A stretch of 64,000 nucleotides of DNA from an uncultured Puniceicoccaceae bacterium (GTDB taxonomy: Bacteria; Verrucomicrobiota; Verrucomicrobiia; Opitutales; Oceanipulchritudinaceae): contig CAWVVV010000007.1 in assembly GCA_963933835.1 (NCBI GenBank), positions 20,083 through 84,082 on the forward strand, read 5' to 3'. The notes beneath the pieces were generated by a model that ran no database searches, was not told where the DNA came from, and worked only from the letters and a program-made list of their open reading frames with translations. Below, one piece after another: positions 40,302 through 50,258 of this stretch. Numbering within the stretch: position 1 is the first letter of the stretch; every line of letters begins with the position of its first letter. A program made the translations under genes and the position numbers.

Positions 40302-41273
40302 ATCGAGAAGATCTATTGCCTGAATCGCGGCGGCGAACCCCACGCGAGAACCCTCAAGTCTCTCAAGGATCGAGGGCTCGACGTATCAAGCGAGCGCATT
40401 GAGTCCTTCAGCGCCGACCTGACCCTGCCGGACTTTGATCTGGATCCAAACGCGCTAGCAGGAGTCAACCTCGTGATTCACAACGCATGGAGCGTGAATT
40501 TCAAGATGGGTGTCTCATCTTTTGAAAACCACCTTCAAGGAACGCGTAACCTGATTGATTTCAGCGCCAAGTCGAAGGCTCGCTTTTTCTTTGTCTCATC
40601 GGTTTCCGCCGCGGCCCGCTCGGGCAACCCTATTACGGAATCGCATCTCAATCACTTCACGGACGCTCAACAGATCGGCTACGCTCGTTCGAAACATGTT
40701 GCCGAGCGGTTGTGCCTTCATGCCTCTCTCGCGGGACTCGATGCCCGTGTCTTAAGAGTGGGACAAATCGTGGGTGATACGCGAAAAGGACAGTGGAATG
40801 AGACTGAGGCCATTCCGCTCATGATCCGCGCCGCAGTGAGCATGGGTGCGCTACCCACGCTGAACGACACCCTGAACTGGCTTCCAATCGACGCCGTTGC
40901 ACAAGTTGTGACGGAGCTCTGTCATGACCCCGAGCACCGTGACGTCTATCACTTGGTCAATCCAAAGTCCTTCAACTGGGGACAAGATTTACTGCCGATG
41001 CTGCGTAGCGCTGGCTTAAACTTTGAGGAAGTCTCGACGCAAGAATCGCTCGAGCGCCTCGCGACTAGCGATCCAGACCCCGAGGTCAATCCGACGATCA
41101 AGCTGCTCGAGTTTTTCAGAACCAAATACGCTTCGCAGAAGAGCGGACTTGCCGTGAAGTTCGAGACTGAATCGACTGAACGTGTCAGCCCAGCACTGCG
41201 GACGGTTGGTGCACCCGATGCCACCTTGATTCGCAAAATGGTGGATTACTGGACGCAGCAATGTTGGAAATAG
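40302..41273 (+). pseudogene. Thioester-reductase (R) domain fragment of an NRPS-like/carboxylic-acid reductase
   Basis: Frame open from IEKIYCLNRG... through IHNAWSVNF, GYARSK, RVGQIVGD; Rossmann Gly motif and A/T domains absent. Confidence 0.8.
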
Positions 41274-41498
41274 CCGTAGAAGCCACCACCACAGCGCAAC
41301 TGGAACTTTAGCGGACTACCCCTCTGCTCGCTGACCAATCGTCCGTAGCAAGCCATACGCTGCTAATGGGAAGAGGGCAAAGAACACCCACGGGGAGTAT
41401 CCAAAAAACGCGACACCAGAGTATCCGATGAGACTCGTTAGCACCATTGTCGACAGCGCGTAAGGCAATTGAGTGGCCACATGATGCAAGTGATCACA
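41202..41498 (+). repeat. 297-bp direct repeat, copy 1 (reductase 3' end plus orphan antiporter 3' end)
   Basis: Matches 42665-42961 with 11 substitutions counted by eye. Confidence 0.93.
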
Positions 41499-41522
41499 CC
41501 GCGTTTGGCCCCTTATCCCAAC

Positions 41523-42497
41523 CTACTTTCCGCCATACCAGATGGCACGACGCCAGTTGTGCGGGTGTAAAGTCTTCAAGGTCGCCTCATCCAGTGGCGG
41601 CTGGTCCGAGACTGCGGCGTTGGCGACTGCCTGCTCGGCATTACGAGTGCCTGCGATCACCGTGCCGACCGCCGAATGCGCTAGCGCAAAGCCCAAGGCC
41701 GTCTCCGGCAGACTACGTGCATTCTCACCAAGACTAGACTTGATACACTCAACCCGCTGCACCGAACGCGCCAAACGGTCACCTTCGAAATAGCCATTCC
41801 TAAAATCTCCCTCAGAAAATTGATGATCGGCGGCGTATTTACCAGTCAGCACCCCTTCATCAAACGCCACACGCACAATAATACCGACGCCATGCTCTTC
41901 GGCCACTGGCAATAATTCCGCCGCCGGTTCCTGCTCGAAGATATTATAAATCACCTGCAACGAATCAATAATCCCCATCCGCATCAAATCGATTGCACTA
42001 TTCTGATCATGCTCCGGCGTCGAGATACCCACCGCACGGATCTTCCCCTCCTGCTTCATCTTTTGCAAAATTTCTAGCGGCTTCGGATCTTTATTCCAGG
42101 CACGCGTCCATGTATGCAACTGCAGCAAATCAATCGCCTCGACATCTAACTGACGCAGGCGCTCCTCCACATTCTCGCGCAAATGACGCTCACTGTAGCG
42201 ATCCTCCCAGCGGCAATACGGGCTCGGCGGCCACGGTCCAGACATTGGCGGCGTCTTAGTCGCTACAAAAATCTCCTCCGATCGAGACTTCAACAGCTTA
42301 CCGATTAGCTGTTCGCTATGCCCATCGCCATAGCCCTCAGCCGTATCGATGAAATTGACGCCGGAATCCACTGCGCGGTGCAACGCTGCCATCGAGTCAG
42401 GATCGCCCTGAGGGCCCCAACTACCACCAATCGCCCATGCACCAAAACCGATTTCTGAAACGTTCCATCCGAGATCACCAAATTTTCGATATTCCAT
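41523..42497 (-). CDS. Aldo/keto reductase
   Basis: SEIGFGAWAIGG, FIDTAEGYG, ATK, IDLLQLH; ATG at 42497. Confidence 0.92.
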   Translation of the reverse strand: MEYRKFGDLGWNVSEIGFGAWAIGGSWGPQGDPDSMAALHRAVDSGVNFIDTAEGYGDGHSEQLIGKLLKSRSEEIFVATKTPPMSGPWPPSPYCRWEDRYSERHLRENVEERLRQLDVEAIDLLQLHTWTRAWNKDPKPLEILQKMKQEGKIRAVGISTPEHDQNSAIDLMRMGIIDSLQVIYNIFEQEPAAELLPVAEEHGVGIIVRVAFDEGVLTGKYAADHQFSEGDFRNGYFEGDRLARSVQRVECIKSSLGENARSLPETALGFALAHSAVGTVIAGTRNAEQAVANAAVSDQPPLDEATLKTLHPHNWRRAIWYGGK

Positions 42498-42636
42498 GCC
42501 GCTGATCGAATCATTGGTCGCTAAAATCACAAGGTGGAAACTCAACAGACGGGCAAAGCACACTAAAACTCTAACGCGCATGAATTCCTCCGCCCACGAT
42601 TCCGCCTCCAAAACCTGTATTATCGGCGGGGGGCGA

Positions 42637-42658
42637 AAGGGGTCAAACGTGACCCCTT
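42637..42658. repeat. AAGGGGTCA-N4-TGACCCCTT hairpin
   Basis: Perfect 9-bp stem ending 6 bp before repeat copy 2. Confidence 0.55.
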
Positions 42659-42664
42659 ATCCCA

Positions 42665-42961
42665 ACGGTTGGTGCACCCGATGCCACCTTGATTCGCAAA
42701 ATGATGGATTACTGGACGCAGCAATGTTGAAAATAGCCGTAGAAGCCACCACCACAGCGCAACTGGAACTTTAGCGGACTACCCCTCTGCTCGCTGACCA
42801 ATCGTCCGTAGCAAGCCATACGCTGCTAATGGGAAGAGGGCAAAGAACACCCACGGGGAGTATCCAAAAAACGCGACACCGGAGTATCCAATGATACTCG
42901 CTAGCACCATTGTCGACAGCGCATAGGGTAATTGGGTGGCCACATGGTGCAAGTGATCACA
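42665..42961 (+). repeat. 297-bp direct repeat, copy 2
   Basis: Matches 41202-41498; contains the functional antiporter 3' end. Confidence 0.93.
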
Positions 42962-44542
42962 TCCGGTGGCGACGGAGGACAATACCGTTGTATCCGAAAT
43001 CGGACTACAATGGTCACCGAAGATGGCTCCATCCAAAACCGCCGCTGCTGTTAAAATAAACAAAGCCATCTGGCTCGGGTCGCCTGCCCCTAGCGTCCAG
43101 ACGAAGGGTAGCATGATCGGAATCATCACCCCCATCGTTCCCCAGCTCGTGCCCATCGCAAAGGCCATCCCCGCCGCGAGCAAGAAGGTGAGCAGCGGCA
43201 CTGCTACGACCGGCATACCATCCCCGACAAGGGAAAGTAAGTAGTAGCTCGTGCCGAGCGATTCACAGATCGTCTTCATCGCCCAGGCCATCGGGAGAAT
43301 AAAGAGCGTCACGCCCAAGGTTGGCAGCGAGCCCATATAGGAAGAAGCCGCTTCCACCGGTTTCAGGATGCGTTGTGCTAGAGGCAATGTGATTGCGATA
43401 ACACCACCAACGATCGCAGCCCAGAATAGAATCAATGGCACTCCTGGCCCTCCCGCTGGAAGACTTGGATCATAGACCGTGATGCCAAAAATATCCCGCA
43501 CCCCAGAGAGTGAGAAATAGTCCGGAGTCACCCCGTCACGGATTAGGCGACGAGACCCAACATAGAGGATCCCGAACATCACCCCCGAGACCACCGTCAC
43601 GAGAGGAATGGCTGCGTTAAACCAGCGAAAAGGCGTGCCTGCTGGTGGCTCTAGTCTTTTCGGGTTTTCGCGCAGAAGCGGCCGCGCATCCAGCGCAATC
43701 AAAGTGCCCTCTTTCCGCGCCCGTTTCTCAGCCTTCAGCATGGGGCCGAAGTCCCGCTGGGTGAGAATGTTAATCGCAAGAAACATGATCGTCCCCCAGC
43801 AGTAAAACCGCACCGGGACCATCTGCACAAAGATCGCATAGCCCCCCGTTTCGAGCCCAAGCGATTGGGCCATTGAACCTAGGAGCCATACTTCGTATGC
43901 GATCCAGCTCGAAATAACGGCTAAGCCCGCAATCGGCGCGGTCGTAGAATCGACCAAATATGCGAGTTTCTCGCGCGAGATACGGAAGCGATCGGTCAAG
44001 CTACGCATCGTTTGCCCGACAACGATGGTGTTGGAGTAATCGTCGAAGAAAATCATCAATCCTGCCCCCATCGTGGCTATTTGGGCTGAACGAGCGGTCT
44101 TCGCTATTTTAGAAAATACTAAAACAAGGCCTTGAATCCCACCGCTCTTGTAGAGCACGTGCACCATTCCAACGAGGGCGAAGAGGAATCCGAAGATATA
44201 GAGCGAGAACTGCCCCAAGATGTTTGCGAGAAGGAAGTTGGTGAGCGCATTGGGAATGAAAACGAGTGGGTTCCATCCGTAATAAAGCACCGACCCAGTC
44301 AAGAAAGCACAGCTCAAAGCTGCGACCAATGATCTAAAACTGATCGCCACGACCACTGCCACTAAAGGCGGCTGCATCGAGCTCCAGTGCCCCTGCCCTT
44401 GCTCAGCTGAGGCGTCCAGTGTCCCCGTGGGCAGAAAAGTGAGAACCAAGCAGATCGCGACAAGGCTCCCGATGCACCACAACCAGCGCTTTGGCATGGC
44501 CCAAAGATTCGGGAAGATAATTTGAGGATTGGAATCAGACAT
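42779..44542 (-). CDS. NhaC-family Na+/H+ antiporter
   Basis: FFDDYSN, SREKLAYLVDST, GTSWGT, GDHCSPISDTT. Confidence 0.9.
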   Translation of the reverse strand: MSDSNPQIIFPNLWAMPKRWLWCIGSLVAICLVLTFLPTGTLDASAEQGQGHWSSMQPPLVAVVVAISFRSLVAALSCAFLTGSVLYYGWNPLVFIPNALTNFLLANILGQFSLYIFGFLFALVGMVHVLYKSGGIQGLVLVFSKIAKTARSAQIATMGAGLMIFFDDYSNTIVVGQTMRSLTDRFRISREKLAYLVDSTTAPIAGLAVISSWIAYEVWLLGSMAQSLGLETGGYAIFVQMVPVRFYCWGTIMFLAINILTQRDFGPMLKAEKRARKEGTLIALDARPLLRENPKRLEPPAGTPFRWFNAAIPLVTVVSGVMFGILYVGSRRLIRDGVTPDYFSLSGVRDIFGITVYDPSLPAGGPGVPLILFWAAIVGGVIAITLPLAQRILKPVEAASSYMGSLPTLGVTLFILPMAWAMKTICESLGTSYYLLSLVGDGMPVVAVPLLTFLLAAGMAFAMGTSWGTMGVMIPIMLPFVWTLGAGDPSQMALFILTAAAVLDGAIFGDHCSPISDTTVLSSVATGCDHLHHVATQLPYALSTMVLASIIGYSGVAFFGYSPWVFFALFPLAAYGLLRTIGQRAEG

Positions 44543-44643
44543 CTTTGCAAGGAGCGTGATCGAGCATCACGAAGATAAGGTAAATATCAGATACCTTCAT
44601 GCATGAGTGCAATGAAACCCTCTACAAAACTTAGGCGCCATCC

Positions 44644-45531
44644 ATGACCTCCTTTCCTCTCAGGATCTTCATCTTGATCACCGGTGTATTCTTTTGCGCC
44701 ACTGCAATTATCTTCATCAAGGCGAGCGCGATCCACCCAGTGCTATTAGCCTCGCTCCGGCTAGTCGTGGCGACGGCCTTCTTGCTCCCCCTCTTTCTGC
44801 GCGATCTCAAGCGGGAGCCGATCCCTCTTCTTGAGTGCTTTCGCGCTTCTTTTTGGCCTGGAATTCTTCTGGGGCTCCATTTCATGACGTGGCTCGCAGC
44901 CGCCCGTATGACGAGTGCCGCGAACGCTGCCCTGATCGTCAACCTCGCTCCCGTGGCAATGCCCTTCATGCTCTACCTCCTCGTAAAGGAGCGTGTGAAT
45001 CGCTTCGAGATCTTCGGCACCCTCCTCGCTATGGCAGGCACCGCGATCCTCTTTGGCGCAGACTTTCACATCAGTAAGACCTACTTCATGGGCGATGTGA
45101 TCTGCTTAATCTCGATGCTCTTCTTTACCCTCTACTTGGCACTCGGGCGACGTAAGCGGACCTACAAAAGCATCTGGATCTATGTTACGCCGATCTACGC
45201 CACATCGAGCGTATTTTGCTTCATTTGCTCCCTATTCTTTACCCATCCACTGCACGAGCCTTGGTCGATCCGTGAAGGGCTCCTCCTGCTGGGGCTCGGA
45301 TTGATCCCTACGGTATTGGGACACTCCATTCTCAATTGGGCGATGACACATCTACGCGGTCAGCTTGTCAGCATCGTCAACATGGGCCAATTCATCTTCG
45401 CCGGCATCATGGCTTACCTCTTCTTCAGCGAAGTCCCTGCTTCACTCTTTTACCCAGCCTGTGCACTCCTGATCAGCGGAGCCATTCTTGCGATGAGAAC
45501 GGGTAAAAAACCCGCCATGGCAAAGTCATAG
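44644..45531 (+). CDS. DMT/EamA family transporter
   Basis: About 10 TM in two repeats, PTVLGH motif. Confidence 0.88.
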   Translation: MTSFPLRIFILITGVFFCATAIIFIKASAIHPVLLASLRLVVATAFLLPLFLRDLKREPIPLLECFRASFWPGILLGLHFMTWLAAARMTSAANAALIVNLAPVAMPFMLYLLVKERVNRFEIFGTLLAMAGTAILFGADFHISKTYFMGDVICLISMLFFTLYLALGRRKRTYKSIWIYVTPIYATSSVFCFICSLFFTHPLHEPWSIREGLLLLGLGLIPTVLGHSILNWAMTHLRGQLVSIVNMGQFIFAGIMAYLFFSEVPASLFYPACALLISGAILAMRTGKKPAMAKS

Positions 45532-45834
45532 CAAGCGCAACCACACCGGTAGATTCGTAGTCGATAGCATAGAGGCTCTATAGAACTATTCTCGCGATGC
45601 TTTAGACTGCAACTGGCTATCCATGCACTAGCAAAGCCGCTTCAGTCGTTCGAGTTGCTCGATCTCTATAGAAAATTCATCAAGATTCCATGTTTCTATG
45701 CCGATTAACAGGAGTTATGATAGGTTCCAGCTAACTCAGTGATTAAAAATGCTTTTGCATCAACATCTCTACTTCGCAAGTAACCCCATTTATCACATTC
45801 TTGCCTTCGACGATCAGCGTTCATCAAACAGCTA

Positions 45835-47007
45835 ATGAAACCGCTGACTAAATATGCCTTGATGTTCATCATCCTATTCTTGGGTTTTAATATCCTCGAG
45901 TATGAAAATTTCTTTTCAATCGAGGTTGCTCTAGATAAGATACACAAAGGGAAGCATCTAAAGGCAGCAGGCTTCATGGTTGCCTACGCAGCTTCAACCT
46001 TAGGAATACTATCCATCGTTCTTTGCTCATCTCGAGCAGTGCGAATCACAGGGTCTATCGTAATTGGCATATTCATATCTGTTAATACGTTCAACTTATT
46101 CGTCTCAGGGCAAAACGTAGCGCTCGCCGATGTGATGGCCGCAACTTCTCTGTCATCGTATACAACTACATTTGTCTCAACACACCTGAAGTCCGCGATC
46201 AGTTCTTGTCTCCTAAGCTTGCTCCTGGTTATTGCGTTTTGTAAATTGGCTTCCAAGCTTGGTGCACGACTTCACCAAATCTGCCTATTGACCGTCCCTT
46301 TCGCCTTACTGCCTGTCTACGCTACCCTTTGGAGTACTGTCGCATTCATCGACGATTTCCCCTCGCCAGTACGGATACCGATGCTGTTCGCCTATAACTC
46401 TTTAAATTCTAGTTACTCAGGCCCACGTGAAGAAGTTAAGTTGCACGCAGACAAAGCAAATCAACCCAAACATATCATTTATATAGTAGATGAAAGCATT
46501 CGGGGCGACATGATCAGCATCAATGATTACCCAAAAGACACCACTCCATTCCTGCGGAGCGTAAGTTCAAGTTTCCTAAATTTTGGTATTACAAATTCAA
46601 TTACAAATATCTCATCTGGAAGCAACATAGCTTTAATCTCTGGTTTGAGATCCGATCAATGTCCCGATATCAATCAACAGTCCTTAAAAAACGCGACGAT
46701 CTTTCAGTATGCACAAGCAGCCGGCTACCAAACCTACTTCTTAGACGCACAATGTGAACCTGGAGTTTATGCCAATTTTATGCGAGATGAAGACTTCAAG
46801 TCGATTGACCATACATTCTATTCAAAAAGCATACCTGATATACCACACTTTGATAAAGATTCTGTCTTAGCAGAAGAACTGATTCGTGTTCTGAAAAGTT
46901 CAGAGCCCAGTTTCGTATATTTAAACAAGTACGGCGGGCACCCTAGCCTTAAGACAAGATTACTGTCGCCTACGCTCCCTGTCGTATCGAGGATTAATTA
47001 CGTATGA
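45835..47007 (+). pseudogene. Membrane sulfatase-like/phosphoethanolamine-transferase-like protein, C-terminally truncated
   Basis: About 5 TM, IVDESIRGD, TTPFL; similarity stops after NKYGGHP (~46945); visibly AT-richer than flanks. Confidence 0.65.
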
Positions 47008-47654
47008 AAACTGTTCCATCCGAAGTCGTTCTCGATGCCCTGAAGTGGCGCTACGCGGTTAAAGAATTTGAAGCAGGGAAGACGATTCCCGAGGAAACGA
47101 TTGCTGCGTTGAAGGAGGCCCTCGTTCTGACGCCGTCTTCTTTCGGACTTCAGCCTTGGAAATTTATTTTCATCTCTGACCAAACACTGAAGGATCAGAT
47201 GCCAGCGCTTTCATGGGGGCAGGCTCAGCCGAAGGACTGTTCACATATGGTCATCTTAGCGGTGAAGAAGGGTTACACTCGTGCAGATGTGGGAACCTTT
47301 ATCGAGCGGATGGCGGAGGTGCGCGAGGTGACGGTGGAGTCACTCAACGGCTACGAACAGTTTGCAGGTGGCTTTGTTGATCAAGCGGTCGAGCAAGGTT
47401 GGGTCGACGACTGGGCAACGAAGCAAATCTACATCGCCTTAGGGCAACTCATGATGTCGGCCGCCCTGCTCGGGGTCGATGCGTGCCCGATGGAAGGCAT
47501 CGCAAATGACGACTACGACAAGCTCTTGGGTCTCGATGCCGATGGCTATCATTCCGTCGTCGCGTGCCCTTTAGGCTACCGTGCAGAGAGCGACAAATAC
47601 GCGAGCCTAGCCAAGGTACGCTACGCAGCCGATGACGTGATTCAGGACGTCTGA
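47004..47654 (+). CDS. Nitroreductase family protein (NfsB-like)
   Basis: WRYAVK.F, PSSFGLQPW, KQ.YIALG, DACPMEG. Confidence 0.92.
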   Translation: MKTVPSEVVLDALKWRYAVKEFEAGKTIPEETIAALKEALVLTPSSFGLQPWKFIFISDQTLKDQMPALSWGQAQPKDCSHMVILAVKKGYTRADVGTFIERMAEVREVTVESLNGYEQFAGGFVDQAVEQGWVDDWATKQIYIALGQLMMSAALLGVDACPMEGIANDDYDKLLGLDADGYHSVVACPLGYRAESDKYASLAKVRYAADDVIQDV

Positions 47655-47708
47655 GTCTGAATTGAATTCAACCGGTTAGGCAGCCCTGCACGATCCAGTC
47701 TACTGATA

Positions 47709-47780
47709 TGGAGGGTCCGGCTCCTGTCGGATCTCAGGCGCTCCCTCGACCTCAGGCGGACGGGCGAGCCCATCCCTCCA
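47709..47780. repeat. GGAG-type REP doublet (REPIN-like)
   Basis: TGGAGGG-tccggctcctgtcgga ... ggacgggcgagcccat-CCCTCCA, inverted pair with internal hairpins. Confidence 0.5.
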
Positions 47781-47873
47781 ATGCGCGATTTCAGACAGTT
47801 CTGACTCTGGACAGATAACCGGCCACTGCGGCTCTAGACGACTGGCTGGAAAAGTGGTGCTGAAAATCGGCGT

Positions 47874-48170
47874 CTAAGAGACATTGTCCTTTTTCATGCG
47901 TTTCGAAGCTCGCGCCAAAATCTCGACGTAGCAGGTCTCAGCTTCCTCGGTGAGCGATTCGCCGATCGCCTTCGACAGCTCGGAGACATGCATCACTTTG
48001 GCAGTTTCAGCGTTCTCTCCGATTCGGCAGTCGAAGTCCCAAAAGTCAAAGCCCTCGGGGACGTCCTTCCGGCGCTCGCGCTTGAGATACTTGTTTACCT
48101 CGGAGCGGATCGCCTCGACGAGGCGTTCGGGTTTGGTTTTCGGATGCGTGAGCGGGAAAGTCTTCTTCAT
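47874..48170 (-). CDS. DUF6172-like small protein
   Basis: MKKTF.L..P...P.R....I...V.KY.KRERRK..PEG.DFWDFDC. Confidence 0.75.
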   Translation of the reverse strand: MKKTFPLTHPKTKPERLVEAIRSEVNKYLKRERRKDVPEGFDFWDFDCRIGENAETAKVMHVSELSKAIGESLTEEAETCYVEILARASKRMKKDNVS

Positions 48171-48273
48171 GAGTCGTGACTAAGCCAGCAACCTATCAGC
48201 ACCTTCATAGCAAGGTTGAAAGCCTCAATGAGGTCGCTAATCTGTCTGAAAAGAGACGGTTGGAAACACACAC

Positions 48274-48330
48274 AAAAGCTGCCCCCATGCGTGGAGGCAG
48301 CTAATCAAGCTCGGCAAATGCCGAGCTTTT
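48274..48330. terminator. Tandem terminator-like hairpins
   Basis: aaaagctgcc..ggcagct and aagctcggca-aa-tgccgagctttt. Confidence 0.55.
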
Positions 48331-48577
48331 GAAGCCGTTTACTAGCGCTAGAGACGCAGTCGTAAACGTGTCATGAATCTAAAGTCTTGGTGGGTAGCGC
48401 GTTGGCCAAACCCCTCCCGTAAACGGACAGTCATGAATCCATTCATTCCTATCAAGGGGCGTTTACCCTATATTCGCATATTAATTGCATTTATTTTATA
48501 ACTCAATACCACCTAACGCAATGAAGTGCTTGTCTACTGAGAGGCTCTACTTTTGAAGGTTTCCTCATGGACATTGT

Positions 48578-48609
48578 GGTCGGCTCCGACCCTAGAGTCG
48601 GAGCCGACC
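48578..48609. repeat. Perfect 13-bp inverted repeat (REP-like)
   Basis: ggtcggctccgac-cctaga-gtcggagccgacc. Confidence 0.6.
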
Positions 48610-48760
48610 CGCTCCCTATCCTCTCCCTTCCTCAGTTAGTCCTCTGAAATGTGCCTCAGCCCACCTGCATAAAAACGGAATATTATTATGCATTGAATTG
48701 CAAAAAGCGGTTTTTGGCAGCTACCTAAATCCCTCTCCACTCTTCTACCCTGAAGTTCCT

Positions 48761-49111
48761 ATGAAAGTCCCCTCGATGACAACAGGGCCCAACCACCCGA
48801 TGGCAGAACTCCGCAACCAGACCATCCATGCCTTCACTGATCTCCTCCTCCACGACATGGGGCCAGGGCTAGCAGACAACATGGCAGAAGGTGATGCTTC
48901 CGGCGCTGAATGGCGCACTGCTCCGCTCTGGAGCATCGGCCTGACTGCGGGCGTCAGCGGCGGCGAAGCCTATCTGCACGACGGCCGAGCACGCACCCTC
49001 GAAGAAGCGATCCTCTGGCATGGCGGCGAAGCTGAAGATGCTAAAGAAGCCTTCCGCACGATGTCCGCCTCCGATCGCGATGCGCTGGTCACCTATCTCC
49101 AGTCGCTCTAG
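48761..49111 (+). pseudogene. Di-heme oxidoreductase (DHOR) family C-terminal fragment
   Basis: FTDLLLHDMG..LAD, EWRTAPLW, YLHDGRARTLEEAILWHGGEA; CxxCH motifs missing. Confidence 0.8.
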
Positions 49112-49123
49112 GTTCCAGCTACT

Positions 49124-49622
49124 TCAAAACAACGAAAGCTCGACCCACTCTTTGGTGCTAAATTGATAGACCCAAGGGAAGGACGATTCGCTGGTCCACT
49201 GCCAGCCGCGTGACTGGGTGTAGAACGGAATCAATGACGTCTGTGGTGGAGTCTCCGATGCTTGAATTAACCTCTGAAAAACCAAAAGTGACCTGATAGA
49301 AACCACTTCCATGGATCGCATCAAAGACCGCCGTTACTTTGGTAATGTGATAGCTATATGGCCCCGCTAGCTTAATCCAGATCCTATTGAAGCTTACGTC
49401 TACCTCCGCTGTGCCCTGCTCGCCAAGAGGCAGAAGTTCTTTATCTATATCCACTGCATAGCGAAGATCTGCCCAATACCCTTCAGAGGAAAAAGGGTCT
49501 CTCTTATTGGTAACATAAGCCTCAACCTCCGCTCCCTCAAACGTCACTCATGTCTGTGCGCGCAGAGCCGGAACGAGCAGTGTCGCTACGAGGGCAAAAA
49601 CTTCAATGGAGCGTTTGTTCAT
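49124..49622 (-). pseudogene. Secreted protein with Trp-rich C-terminal module; in-frame TGA and a frameshift
   Basis: MNKRSIEVFALVATLLVPALRAQT*VTFEG...; tail GWQWTSESSFPWVYQFSTKEW lies in another frame (shift near 49230). Confidence 0.65.
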
Positions 49623-49778
49623 GGCTAGCTTTAGTTAAGCCAAAAATAAAACGTCCCTAACTTTCTACAGTGTAGTTTCAAAAAGTCGAGCCTTCTCGCG
49701 CCGTCTTGACTGAAGCACGCCGGATACGGTTTCAGAGTGTTCGAGGACTTTTTATGTTGCTAAGCAGAGCTTGTTCTA

Positions 49779-50258
49779 GTGTGCTATATTACAGCGGTGT
49801 GTAGCTCATTCAAACGTCTGTGTGTCCTAGGTCTTTTCGTTCTGGCGGTGACGACCACCCTACTCTTTCGATCGCAATCAAACGACTCGACTGGAACCGC
49901 TGCTCCCGATGCTAAAGAGATCAATCCAGGCTCTCCATTCACGCGTCCGCAGAGCGTGCCGTCAGTTTCAATTCAAACTGACAGTGTTTTGGTCACGATT
50001 GAAGCCGCTCCTGACGTTCCGCCAATTCGACCCTTATCCGAGCGCATGCGCTTCGACACAGAAGGACTCGAGGTCGTTGTGCATCCGGACGGACGCAAAT
50101 CGCTTCATCTCCAAGGGCGATACATGCACATGGCGACAGCGGCCGTAGACGACGCGGGTAATAAGATCGCTGCCTGCACCTCGAACCATGATCACGTGCA
50201 CGACATGCCTCGCTACGCGGTAACATCAGGTGCGACCACGCTTTCACAGATCCGCTAA
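49779..50258 (+). CDS. Hypothetical secreted/anchored protein upstream of the PA-domain peptidase
   Basis: N-terminal hydrophobic segment; GLEVVVHPDG...LQGRY...C motif; overlaps the next gene. Confidence 0.6.
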   Translation: MCYITAVCSSFKRLCVLGLFVLAVTTTLLFRSQSNDSTGTAAPDAKEINPGSPFTRPQSVPSVSIQTDSVLVTIEAAPDVPPIRPLSERMRFDTEGLEVVVHPDGRKSLHLQGRYMHMATAAVDDAGNKIAACTSNHDHVHDMPRYAVTSGATTLSQIR

